Origin: an uncultured Chloroflexia bacterium
Lineage (GTDB): Bacteria; Chloroflexota; Limnocylindria; Limnocylindrales; CSP1-4
NCBI GenBank assembly: GCA_963768655.1
Contig: CAVYIM010000006.1
Location: 32,001-96,000 of the forward strand
Length of the DNA stretch: 64,000 bases
Direction of reading: 5' to 3'
The position numbers and the translations under genes are program-made. Positions 53,504 through 64,000 of the stretch are shown piece by piece. Position 1 is the stretch's first letter, and each line of letters starts with the position of its first letter. The notes under the pieces are model-generated. The model was not told the origin of the DNA and ran no database searches. It saw nothing but the letters and a program-made list of their open reading frames with translations.

Positions 53504-54508
53504 GTGGCCAGGTTCATCATCCGGCGCCTGCTCGTGGCAATACCGGTCCTCTTCGGGCTGTCGGTGATCTTGTTTCTTTTCCTCCGGATGCTGCCGGGCG
53601 GAGGGCCGGCCGAGGCTATCCTCGGCCAACACGCCACGCCCCAGCTGGTGGCCCAGATCACGGCTTCCGAAGGCCTCGACAAGCCGCTATATGTGCAATA
53701 CGTCAACTACGTCAGTCGGTTGCTCCATGGCGACTTCGGCGCGAGCTTCATAGACGGCCGAGAGGTCGCGGCCACGTTCCTGACCCGCTTCCCGGCCACG
53801 GTGGAGTTGACGATGGGGGCCCTCATCTTCGCCATCGGTCTGGGCATCCCACTGGGCCGGCTGGCCGCCCGGCACCCCAACAGCTGGATCGACGGCCTCG
53901 TGACCGTCATCTCCCTGTTCGGCATCTCCATCCCGGTCTTCGTCCTGGGCTACACCCTTGCCTTCATCTTCGGAGTGGAGCTCCACTGGCTGCCCACGCT
54001 CGGCCAGATCGACCCACGCCTGGACGTCGAGCCGGTCACCCATTTCGCGATCATCGACGCCATCCTGGCCGGCCACTGGTACGTCATCGACGCCGTCGCG
54101 CATCTGATATTGCCGTCGATCGCGCTGGGCACGATTCCCCTGGCGGTGTTCACCCGGATCACTCGCGCCTCGGTCATCGAGGTCAGCAACGAGGACTATG
54201 TCCGGACCGCGCGGGCGAAGGGCCTGACCGACAGGCGCGTCAACAGCCGCCACATCATGCGCAACGCCTGGCTGCCGGTGACCACCGTCATCGGCCTGGA
54301 GACCGGAGCGCTGCTGGCCGGAGCCGTGCTGACCGAGACCGTCTTCAGCTGGAACGGAGTGGGCTCCTGGGTCGTCAGTTCCATCCAGAACCACGACTAC
54401 ATCGTCGTCCAGTCTCTGATCCTCATCTTCGCCGTGATCTTCCTCACAGTGAACCTGATCGTCGACGTGGGCTACGCCTTCCTCAACCCGCGCATCAGGT
54501 ACAGCTGA
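53504..54508 (+). CDS. Peptide ABC permease (DppB-like)
   Basis: GDFGAS, RFPATVEL, DYVRTARAKGL. Confidence 0.93.
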   Translation: MARFIIRRLLVAIPVLFGLSVILFLFLRMLPGGGPAEAILGQHATPQLVAQITASEGLDKPLYVQYVNYVSRLLHGDFGASFIDGREVAATFLTRFPATVELTMGALIFAIGLGIPLGRLAARHPNSWIDGLVTVISLFGISIPVFVLGYTLAFIFGVELHWLPTLGQIDPRLDVEPVTHFAIIDAILAGHWYVIDAVAHLILPSIALGTIPLAVFTRITRASVIEVSNEDYVRTARAKGLTDRRVNSRHIMRNAWLPVTTVIGLETGALLAGAVLTETVFSWNGVGSWVVSSIQNHDYIVVQSLILIFAVIFLTVNLIVDVGYAFLNPRIRYS

Positions 54509-54509
54509 T

Positions 54510-55403
54510 ATGGCGACCTCCGCTGGGGTGACCATCGCGCCCACCGCCCGCGTCAGCCGTGGGTTGTGGCACGACGCCTTCCGGCGCCTGATGCGCAACG
54601 GGCCGGCGATCGTGGGCCTGGTCTGCATCGCGATCTTCGTGTTCGGCGCCATCCTGGCGCCGGTCATCGCTCCGTACCCGCCCAACATGCCCGGGCAGCT
54701 GGGCAATGCCCTGCATGGCCCGAGCCTGGCCCACATCATGGGTACCGACACCCAGGGTAACGATGAGTTCAGCCGCGTCCTCTACGGCGCCCGGATCAGC
54801 CTGACCGTCGGCGTGGTCGCCGTCATCTTCGGGCTGATCGGCGGGACGACCGTCGGCGCCATCGCCGGCGGCGCGGGCGGGCTCGTGGACGGCTTCCTCA
54901 TGCGCGTCATCGACGTGCTGCTGGCGGTCCCCGGCATCCTGCTGGCCATCGGCATCGTGGCCTGGCTCGGCCACGGCGAGATCCAGATCATGCTGGCAGT
55001 GGGGATCTCCTACTCGCCCATCTTCGCCCGGCTGCTCAGGGGCAGCCTGCTGGCCCTGCGTGAGTCGGACTATGTCATCGCCGCGCGTTCCATGGGGGCG
55101 TCGCCCATCCGGATACTGCTGCGGCACATGCTGCCCAACGCTCTGACGCCACTGATCGTGCAGGCAACGCTGGCCGCCGCGACGGCCATCATCGACGTGG
55201 CCGGACTGGGCTTCCTGGGACTGGGCCCGGGCGACCCCAGGATCGCCGAGTGGGGCGAGATGCTGACCGACTCGTCGCGCTTCCTCCAGTCCGCCCCGTA
55301 CCTGATCTTCTTCCCGGGCGCCGCGATCGTCATCAGCGCCATCGGGTTCAACCTGCTGGGCGACGGGCTGCGCGAGGCGCTCGACCCGCGCCTGAAGCGC
55401 TAG
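54510..55403 (+). CDS. Peptide ABC permease (DppC-like)
   Basis: HIMGTD, YGARISL, GDGLREALDP. Confidence 0.93.
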   Translation: MATSAGVTIAPTARVSRGLWHDAFRRLMRNGPAIVGLVCIAIFVFGAILAPVIAPYPPNMPGQLGNALHGPSLAHIMGTDTQGNDEFSRVLYGARISLTVGVVAVIFGLIGGTTVGAIAGGAGGLVDGFLMRVIDVLLAVPGILLAIGIVAWLGHGEIQIMLAVGISYSPIFARLLRGSLLALRESDYVIAARSMGASPIRILLRHMLPNALTPLIVQATLAAATAIIDVAGLGFLGLGPGDPRIAEWGEMLTDSSRFLQSAPYLIFFPGAAIVISAIGFNLLGDGLREALDPRLKR

Positions 55404-55411
55404 GGCCGGCC

Positions 55412-56484
<1,073 letters not shown>

Positions 56485-56488
<4 letters not shown>

Positions 56489-57720
56489 GCGACATGAACC
56501 CGCACCCGGTCGTGCGAACCGCAGGCCTGCCGAGCCAGATGGCCGAGCCCGGGCCGGGCGCACGTCCGCTGGTCGAGATCTCCGACCTGCGGATGTACTT
56601 CCCCATTACGCAGGGGATCCTCATCAGCCGGCACGTCGGCGACGTTCGCGCCGTCGACGGCGTCTCGCTGTCGATTCAAAAGGGCGAGACCGTCGGCCTC
56701 GTAGGCGAGTCCGGCTGCGGCAAGAGCACAGTCGGCCGCACGATCCTGCGCCTCTACCGACCGACCGGCGGCCGCATCGTCTTCGACGGCCAGGACATCA
56801 CCACCGCCGGGGGCGCGTCGCTGCGGTCCGTCCGGCGCAGGATGCAGATGATCTTCCAGGATCCGTATGCCAGCCTGAACCCGCGCATGACGGCGGCCGG
56901 AATCGTGTCGGAGCCGCTCGAGATCCACGACGTCGGAGTCAAGAGCGAGCGCCATCAGAGGGTTCGGGATCTGCTCGCGACCGTCGGCCTGGACCCGTCG
57001 TACGGCGACCGCTTCCCACACGAGTTCAGCGGCGGACAGCGCCAGCGCATCGGCGTCGCTCGAGCGCTTGCCCTCCATCCGGATCTCATCGTCGCCGACG
57101 AGCCGATCAGCGCCCTGGACGTCTCGATCCAGGCCCAGATCATCAATCTGCTCGAGCGGCTTCAGGGCGAGTTCGGACTGACCTACCTGTTCATCGCCCA
57201 CGACCTGTCCGTTGTCCGCCACATCAGCGACAGGATCGCCGTGATGTACCTGGGTCGCATCGTGGAGCTGGCCGGCTCGCGAGAGCTGTACGAGCGGCCG
57301 CTTCATCCGTACGCCGTGGCCCTTCTCTCAGCGGTGCCGATCCCCGATCCGTCGGTCGAGGGCCGCCGCCGGCGGATCATTCTCATGGGCGACGTGCCGA
57401 GCCCCTCGAACCCGCCATCCGGCTGCCACTTCCACACCCGCTGCTGGCTGCGCGAGCGGCTCGGCAACCCGGACCGCTGCGTCGCCGAGGATCCGGTCCT
57501 GCGCTCGATGAGCGGCGGCCACGAGGTTGCGTGCCACTTCGCCGAAGAGGTGGACGGCTCTGCCGAGCAGGTGCAGGTCACGGGTCGGAGCCCCGGGACA
57601 GGCGGCGTCCCGGCCGCCGGCCCGGCCACCACCGTGCCGGCGCCGCCGACTGTGCCCGCTCTGCCGGTCGCGCCCACGGCCCCCGCGGAGCAGTCGTCGC
57701 GACCCCGCGACCGGGGCTAG
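56485..57720 (+). CDS. Peptide ABC ATPase (DppF-like)
   Basis: [26 protein letters not shown]. Confidence 0.94.
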
Positions 57721-57729
57721 ACTCAACTG

Positions 57730-58701
57730 GTGCAGCCGCTCCGGATCGCTCTCGTTCAGCTCGCGCCGTGCCTCGGCGTGCTCGAGGACAACCTGGCTCG
57801 CCATAGTGAGCTGCTCGCCCAGGCACGCGCCGAGGGTGCCGGTCTGGTCGTGTTCCCCGAACTCGGCCTGACCGGGTATCAACTCCAGGATCTCGCGGCC
57901 GAAGTTGCGATGCGCAAGGACGACCCACGACTGCTGCGCCTCGCAGCGGAGACGCGCGGCCTCTCGGCCGTCGTCTCGTTCGTGGAGGAGGCGGACGACC
58001 ACCGGCTCTTCATCTCGGCCGCGCTGCTCGAGGACGGCGAGGTTCGGTTCGTCCACCGCAAGCTGTTCCTGCCCACCTACGGCCTCTTCGACGAGCGCCG
58101 CTTCTTCGCCGCAGGCGACCGGCTCCGGACCGTGGACTCGCGCCTGGGCGTGAAGCTCGGCATCGCCATCTGCGAGGACTTCTGGCACCTGGGCGTGGCC
58201 GAGACGCTGGCCCTCGACGGCGCGCAGTTGCTGATCAACGTGTCGTCCTCCCCGGGCCGCGACCTCGCCGCGATCCACGAGGTCGGCCTGGGAACCGCCG
58301 TTTCGTGGCGGACGCTGATGCGAACCTACGCCCAGCTGACGACGAGCTTCGCCGTCTTCTGCAACCGCGTCGGCATGGACGAGACGATCAGCTTCTGGGG
58401 CGGTTCGGAAGTGATCGCCCCGAGCGGCGAAGCGCTCTTCACGGCGCCACTCTTCGACGAGGGGCTGTACATGGTGGACGTCGAACTGGGCGACGTGCGG
58501 CGCGAGCGGATCGGCCTGCCGCTGTTGCGCGACGAGCGGCCGGAGCTCCACCTGCGCGAGCTGCGGCGGATCCTGGCCCACCGAACCGGCCTCGAAGTCG
58601 ATGAGGCCAGCGAGCCAGGCGGCGACGGTCCAGAGACGGGACGGCCGGGGGCGAGGCCGCGGCGGGCGAAGGCAGCTGGCGGGCGAGATCGGCGGCCATG
58701 A
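57730..58701 (+). CDS. Nitrilase-fold glutaminase subunit of NAD synthetase
   Basis: FPEL, HRKLFLPTYGLFDERRFF, ICEDFW (E-K-C triad); overlaps the nadE start. Confidence 0.85.
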   Translation: MQPLRIALVQLAPCLGVLEDNLARHSELLAQARAEGAGLVVFPELGLTGYQLQDLAAEVAMRKDDPRLLRLAAETRGLSAVVSFVEEADDHRLFISAALLEDGEVRFVHRKLFLPTYGLFDERRFFAAGDRLRTVDSRLGVKLGIAICEDFWHLGVAETLALDGAQLLINVSSSPGRDLAAIHEVGLGTAVSWRTLMRTYAQLTTSFAVFCNRVGMDETISFWGGSEVIAPSGEALFTAPLFDEGLYMVDVELGDVRRERIGLPLLRDERPELHLRELRRILAHRTGLEVDEASEPGGDGPETGRPGARPRRAKAAGGRDRRP

Positions 58702-59681
58702 GCGCGGCACCCGGGGACCGGCAGGGGGAGCCGAACGGCGGCGCAAAGCCGAACGAGGGCGCAATGCCGAACGGCGGCGCAATGCCGAACGGCGGCGCGG
58801 GCCGGCTGTTCGAGCTCCCGCCCGAGCTTGCCATTGACGCGGAGATCGCCCGGCGGGTGATCGTCGACTTCATCCGCAATCAGCTGCGCCAGGCGGGCTT
58901 CTCGCGGGGATTGCTCGGGCTCTCCGGGGGCATCGACTCGGCGCTGGTCGCATTCCTCACGGCCGAGGCAATCGGGCCGGAGAATCTGCTGTGCGTCCTG
59001 ATGCCCTACCGGACATCCTCGCCCGAATCGGTCGAGCACGCCCGGCTGGTGGTCGAGAAGCTGGGTTGCGAAAGCGATCTGGTCGACATCAGCCCGATGG
59101 TCGACGGCTACTTCGGGCGGGACGGGGAGGCCGGCGCGGGGGGCGCGGCGGCCGGCGAGGCTGGCGCCCTGCGACGCGGCAACCTCATGGCCCGGGAGCG
59201 GATGTGCGTCCTGTACGACCGCTCTGTGGTGTGGGGCGGGCTAGTCGTCGGGACCGGCAACAAGACCGAATCGCTGATCGGCTACACGACGCTCTTCGGT
59301 GACTCGGCCTGCGCCTTCAATCCGATCGGCGACCTGTACAAGAGTCAGGTCCGGCAGGTGGCGGCCGCGGTGGGTGTGCCGGAGGCGATCATCCGCAAGG
59401 CTCCGTCGGCCGACCTCTGGCCCGGCCAGACGGACGAGGCCGAGGCCGGCTTCAGCTACCCGGAGCTCGATCGGCTCCTGTTCTGGATGATCGACAAGCG
59501 CCGCACGGACGAAGAGCTGCTGGCCATGGGCTTCCCCGGTCCGACGGTCGAACGGGTCAAGCGCCTGGTCGCCACGTCTGAGTTCAAGCGCCAGGTACCG
59601 CCGGTCGCCAAGCTGGGGCCGCGCACGACCGGCGTGGATTACCTGTATCCACGGCGGCGGCCGGGCTCGGCGCGCAGGTGA
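58698..59681 (+). CDS. nadE: NAD+ synthetase
   Basis: GLSGGIDS, GNLMARER, GTGNKTE, PIGDLYK, KAPSADLW. Confidence 0.95.
   Translation: MSAAPGDRQGEPNGGAKPNEGAMPNGGAMPNGGAGRLFELPPELAIDAEIARRVIVDFIRNQLRQAGFSRGLLGLSGGIDSALVAFLTAEAIGPENLLCVLMPYRTSSPESVEHARLVVEKLGCESDLVDISPMVDGYFGRDGEAGAGGAAAGEAGALRRGNLMARERMCVLYDRSVVWGGLVVGTGNKTESLIGYTTLFGDSACAFNPIGDLYKSQVRQVAAAVGVPEAIIRKAPSADLWPGQTDEAEAGFSYPELDRLLFWMIDKRRTDEELLAMGFPGPTVERVKRLVATSEFKRQVPPVAKLGPRTTGVDYLYPRRRPGSARR
58731..58800. repeat. 18-bp imperfect tandem repeat x4 in the nadE 5' extension
   Basis: Encodes PNGGAK/PNEGAM/PNGGAM/PNGGAG. Confidence 0.85.
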
Positions 59682-60595
59682 GCGAGAGCGGCGGCGGGAG
59701 CGGGCGGAGCGGCACGGGCGGCCCCTGGGCCGCGGGTTCGGCCGGCGGCAGGCTCTTCGTGGTCGCAACGCCGATCGGCAATCTCGGCGATGTCACGTTC
59801 CGCGCCGTTGAGGTGCTGCGGACCGTGCCGCTGATCGCCGCCGAGGACACTCGCCTGACACGGCGGCTGTGCGTCCGATACGAGATCGCCACGCATCTGG
59901 TGAGCTACCACGCGCGAAGCGGCCGGGATCGCGAGCTGGAGCTGCTCGAGCACCTGCGATCGGGGCGCGACCTGGCGCTCGTCACCGACGCGGGCACTCC
60001 GCTGGTGAGCGACCCCGGCGGGGAGCTGGCCTCGGCCTGGGCGGCGGAGGGCGGCGCCGTGGTGCCGATCCCGGGAGCCTCCGCCGTGCTTGCGGCGCTG
60101 GTCGCGAGCGGCTTGTCGGCGGCCCGCTGGACCTTCGAGGGGTTCCTGCCCCGTTCCGGCCGCGAGCGACGAGATCGCCTTACCCGCATCGCCTCGGACG
60201 AACGCGCCTGCGTGATCTACGAAGCCCCTTCCCGTGTTCCCGCGACGCTCACCGACCTCGCAGAGGCCGCCGGCGCCGAGCGGCGCGCCGCGGTGTGCCG
60301 CGAGCTGACGAAGATCCACGAAGAAGTCGTGCGTGGGCCGCTGGGCGAGCTGGCGGCGCGAGCGGCCGCCAGCACTATCGTGCTGCGTGGCGAGTTCGCG
60401 ATCGTAGTTGAGGCAGCGACCGCGGCCGCCGTCCGCTCGGGCGCCGTTTCCGCCGTTTCCGCCGCGGTCACCGTAGCGGATGCCCGCGCAGAGGTTGCCC
60501 GCCTGATCGCCGCGGGTCACAAGCGCTCGGAAGCCGTCCGTCAGGTCGCCGCGCGGACGGGCCTCGATCGCCGCGAGCTGTACCGAGAGACTTGA
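59678..60595 (+). CDS. rsmI: 16S rRNA C1402 2'-O-methyltransferase
   Basis: VATPIGNLGD, AEDTR, TDAGTP..SDPG, RELTKIHEE. Confidence 0.95.
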   Translation: MSESGGGSGRSGTGGPWAAGSAGGRLFVVATPIGNLGDVTFRAVEVLRTVPLIAAEDTRLTRRLCVRYEIATHLVSYHARSGRDRELELLEHLRSGRDLALVTDAGTPLVSDPGGELASAWAAEGGAVVPIPGASAVLAALVASGLSAARWTFEGFLPRSGRERRDRLTRIASDERACVIYEAPSRVPATLTDLAEAAGAERRAAVCRELTKIHEEVVRGPLGELAARAAASTIVLRGEFAIVVEAATAAAVRSGAVSAVSAAVTVADARAEVARLIAAGHKRSEAVRQVAARTGLDRRELYRET

Positions 60596-60760
60596 GGCTG
60601 GCCGTCACGCCTCAATCTGGTGTCGCTCCGCGAGACGGGGATCGGCCGGAGGTCGACCCTGGTCTCTTTGCCCTTGGGCCGACCGGCCTTCTCGCCACCG
60701 ATGGCGTCGACCGTTTCTGGATCGGGGTACCGACGGCCGGGTGACCGGTCGAGTGGTTGT

Positions 60761-60819
60761 CCCCGGCCAATGAGGGTTGGCCGGGGCGCGGCGGTGTGGG
60801 GGGCAGCCCGCCGCGCCCC
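60761..60819. terminator. GC hairpins between the convergent rsmI and ssb fragment
   Basis: CCCCGGCCAA/TTGGCCGGGG and GGGGCGCGGCGG/CCGCCGCGCCCC stems. Confidence 0.5.
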
Positions 60820-60832
60820 GGGGGACGTGAAG

Positions 60833-61060
60833 CTACGCGAGGACGAGCACCTGGTCGTCTTCGGTGGCGGGAGCCTCGTCGGTCGGTGAGTCGGGCGCCG
60901 TCATGACGCCGACCTCGGCCGCTTCGTTCGGTGAGATGCCGGACGGTTCGGCCGCCGCCTGGGTGGCCAGCGATTCGGCTTCGTAGTCGCGCTTGCGCCG
61001 GCCGGAGAGCATCTCCACCGACGTGGCCACGACCTCGGTCTTCCAGTGGCGCGTGCCGTG
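60833..61060 (-). pseudogene. ssb: 3' half of a single-stranded DNA-binding protein gene, cut by the adjacent element
   Basis: G-TRHWKTEVVATSVEMLSG matches the last OB-fold strand of SSB and is followed by an acidic tail; no SSB-like sequence upstream of ~61060. Confidence 0.7.
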
Positions 61061-61095
61061 ATGGTAAGATACTCCCACACGCAAGGAGCTTGCCG

Positions 61096-62326
61096 ATGCC
61101 CGCCTACGCCTACCTACGCAAGAGCGTCGTTCGCCAGGACGACCCCAAGAACAGCGCCGAAGCTCAAGAGGCCGCGGTGCGTGCCATGGCCGGCCGCTAC
61201 GGGGACGGTGACGGCCTGCGCATCCTCTCCGACTGGGACAAGTCCGGACGCCTCGGGCGGGCCGGCCGGCCGGGCTACGACGCGCTCTGGCGGGCGATCG
61301 AGGACGGCAGCTGCACGGCTCTCTACAGCTACAGCATGTCCCGCCTGGCCCGCTCGGTGGCGGAGCTGCTGCGCTTGTTCGAGGCCTGCACCGAGCGCCA
61401 TATCCCGATTCGGCTTGAGTCCGACGTGATAGACACCGCGACCGCGAGTGGGCGCATGGTGGCGGGCATCCTGGCCAACGTGGCGGCCTTCGAGGCCGAT
61501 GTTGCCGGCGAGCGGCTGCGGGCCGCCCTGTCTGCCAAGGCCGCGCGAGGCGAGCGCATCGGCACGGTGCTCTTCTACGGCGACCGGGCCGGCGAGGATC
61601 CCGCGGCGGTCCTGGCCGCGTTCCGGGAGGCCGGCAGCTACAGCGGCGCGGCCAAGCTGCTCAACGAGCGGGGCGTGAAGACGCGCAGCACCAACGGCCG
61701 GCGGACCGATGCGCGGCGGGTGTGGTGGCCGTCTTCGGTGCAGGTGATCATCCGCCGCCTCGACCCGTCCGTCCTGCCCCTGCGGCCCTCCAAGGGCGCG
61801 GCCGCCGGCGGTTCGGACTTCGTACTTGCCCGGCTGCTGCGCTGCCCTACGTGCGGCACGATGCTGACCGGGACGCGCGACCGCGACGGGCACCGGGTCC
61901 GCGACAGCTGCCGGCTCGGCACTGTCACGCCGCACCCGCGGATCAGCATTACCGAGTCCCACATCTTGCCGTCCATCCAGGCCGAGGCTGGCCGACCTGC
62001 GGACGCCCCGGCAGGTGGAGCATCAGTCGGGTGACGCGGCCAAGCGGGCCCAGCTCGAAGCCCGGCGGGCCAGGGTGCTCGACATGTACGAGGCTGGGCT
62101 CATCGACCGGGTCGACCGAGAACGCCGCCTACAAGCTGTCATGGACGGCGTGAGCCAGCTGGACGCGCAGCGCCTGGTGCTGGCCGTGCCCACGGTGGAC
62201 TGGTCGTGGACACCCAAGGCCCTAAACCCTGTGCTGCGGGCCCTGTTCGAGCGCATCGATCTCGACGCCGAGACCTTCGCTCCCGTCGGCTACAGATGGA
62301 CTGTCCCGGAGTGGCGCGCGGCGTAG
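61096..62326 (+). CDS. Large serine recombinase with an extra base near 61995
   Basis: AAGGAG ribosome site; YLRKS catalytic Ser, RPGY, SRLARS, LLRCPTCG zinc ribbon; the +1 frame continues into a coiled-coil C-terminus ending at 62326. Confidence 0.85.
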
Positions 62327-62366
62327 GGGCCAAGAAAAGCCAGCATCGACTTTCGGAGTACCCACG

Positions 62367-63472
62367 TCACTGCGGCCCTGGCTCGTGAGGGAGCGCCCCT
62401 CGTCTTCGGGCCCTGTAGTAGTCGGGGTTCCTGGCCCGCCACCGCGTCGCCGAGTCGAGCTGCGGGAGCGGGGTCTTCCGATCCGGACTGGGTGCTCTAC
62501 AAGCTGGGCAGTACGTCTTGCGGGTTGACCCGTAACTGCCTGACGGCGGTCTGCGCCGCGGTGTGTAGGGCAGTCCGCACCCGGAACACATAGCGAACCC
62601 AGGCTGTCCTGCAACAGCCAGCAGGAGTTCGAGGACCAGGCCACCGAATAGCGATCTGGTCCCCAGGTTGATCACGGGATCGCCTGACCCCGCGTCGCCC
62701 CAATCGATCACCGGACGGACCACTCCCATGGCGAGCCAAGTCCCTAGGATCGCCGCCAGTGCCTGACGCTGGCCTTCGAGCGTCGCGGGCCTGACCCAAA
62801 TCAGTGCCCCGGCATCTTCGACCAGCAACGGGGCGGGCTCGGGCCCGTCCTTGGGTTGGCCGGCCGGCATTGGCAGGATGACTATGCCAGTTAGCGGGTC
62901 CCATGCCGCCGGGCGGACGGTCTTGTCCTGACGCAGATGGCCGGCGAGCTTGTACACCGCGGCGACTTCTTCGATGATCCGGCGCCACAGACGCAGGGGC
63001 TCCCGCGTGACGGTCGGGGCGGGGCGATAACCGACCCATGGGGCGACCAGCTCACCGACCCACGGACTCGGATTAACCTCCGCCGTCCGGGCGGTCGCGC
63101 CGCGGTCGCCAGGCCGAGCAGACCGTATTGCCGCGCATAGGGGAGGATCGCGGCATCGCTCGGATCGGACGATAGTCGCAGGAAGTCGTCGAGGACGGCA
63201 CGGTGGGGAGCCATTGTCCGGCCGAACCGTGGCTCGCTAACCAGATAGTCGTCGTCAAGGACGACAGGTTCGCCCGCGACCTCCTGGTCGTTGACGATGA
63301 CCTGGACCTTCAGGCCAGGCGGCCCGCGGAAGACGGGTCCACCTGGGAAGGCGATCGTCCCGGAGGCCTCGGCCCTGACCAGCACAACTTTGGACGGGAC
63401 CAGCCACCCGGAACTGACCACGCGATCGCCGATCGGGTCGCCATTCACGTCGTGGCTGAGGCCGTCTGTCAT
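62367..63472 (-). CDS. Element protein with a C-terminal CxxC...CxxC zinc finger, frameshifted near 63110
   Basis: Two overlapping ORFs join: ...YARQYGLLGL / ...REPLRLWRR...CSGCG...YCPAC; TATAAT just upstream of the ATG. Confidence 0.6.
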
Positions 63473-63520
63473 TAGATCCGCATTATATGTGAGCCGTTAC
63501 AGCGCCCGTAGTCTGAAGCC

Positions 63521-63736
63521 ATGACCAAGTCAGTTGACAGGGTGACAGTCGACGCAACGACCGGGTTCGGACTCAAGGTCCGGCGCCAATCCCTCGGCGT
63601 TCAGGCTCGGACCGTCGCGCAGCTCATGGGTGTGTCCCGGGCGCGAGTCGCTGCGATCGAGGCCTCGCGGTTTCCAACCCGGGCAGCTCGCGAACGCTAT
63701 CTCGAAGCCCTCGGTCGGGCGGCGGCTAGCCGATGA
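63521..63736 (+). CDS. Small XRE/Cro-like HTH protein
   Basis: LKVRRQSLGV..TVAQLMGVSRARVAAIE. Confidence 0.75.
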   Translation: MTKSVDRVTVDATTGFGLKVRRQSLGVQARTVAQLMGVSRARVAAIEASRFPTRAARERYLEALGRAAASR

Positions 63737-63957
63737 GCACCCCGATCGCGACGGACGTGTCGACGGCCAGGGCGGGCGACAAAGGCACACCGCTTGTTCA
63801 GACGCCCGGGCCGGTGCCTCTCGCCGCCCTCACGCCGACCCAGCGACAACTGGTGCTTGCCCTGATAAGGGCGTCGCGGGTTGGGGCAGATGGCGATCTC
63901 GTCCTGCTGGAGTCCGAGCAGCGTCCCGATGACATCGCACCGGAGGTTCACTCGTGA
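63733..63957 (+). CDS. Hypothetical element protein
   Basis: ATGA overlap with the HTH gene; LTPTQRQLVLALIRA. Confidence 0.55.
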   Translation: MSTPIATDVSTARAGDKGTPLVQTPGPVPLAALTPTQRQLVLALIRASRVGADGDLVLLESEQRPDDIAPEVHS

Positions 63958-64000
63958 CAGGTCGCTCCCGTTGCCGGCGAGCTTCGGGCAACCGCAGAAC

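Larger units (their letters stand above)
61060..64000. mobile_element. Left end of an integrative element (prophage, satellite or ICE-like)
   Basis: Serine recombinase at the junction, then a divergent regulator/HTH pair and small ORFs; continues beyond the window. Confidence 0.75.

Overview
GC-rich bacterial chromosome segment, probably Chloroflexota (Limnocylindria-like; this is an inference from gene style). Contents in order: (1) a dcw cluster from the end of mraZ to yggU, lacking murE and murC, with a small basic ORF before ftsL and yjbQ between ftsA and ftsZ; (2) an XRE-HTH/PD-(D/E)XK nuclease gene whose 3' end lies inside a ~200-bp inverted-repeat-bounded unit that recurs without the gene 14 kb away; (3) tRNA-Val(CAC); (4) a minus-strand locus behind two fluoride (crcB-motif) riboswitches, encoding enolase, a 167-aa unknown, DUF6062, a NUDIX hydrolase, MoxR/DUF58/DUF4129 and a degenerate pyrophosphatase-fold fusion, with no fluoride exporter in the window; (5) iorAB-paaK-ACT, aconitase and the glycine cleavage genes; (6) two tandem peptide ABC operons, each preceded by a fragment of another binding-protein gene; (7) a split glutamine-dependent NAD synthetase and rsmI; (8) the left end of a serine-recombinase element apparently inserted inside ssb. 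Five single-base frameshifts were seen, and four look like one-base duplication artefacts. The best candidates for an undescribed system are the fluoride-riboswitch MoxR/pseudo-PPase operon and the nuclease-associated palindromic element. All assignments come from reading motifs by eye; no searches were run.
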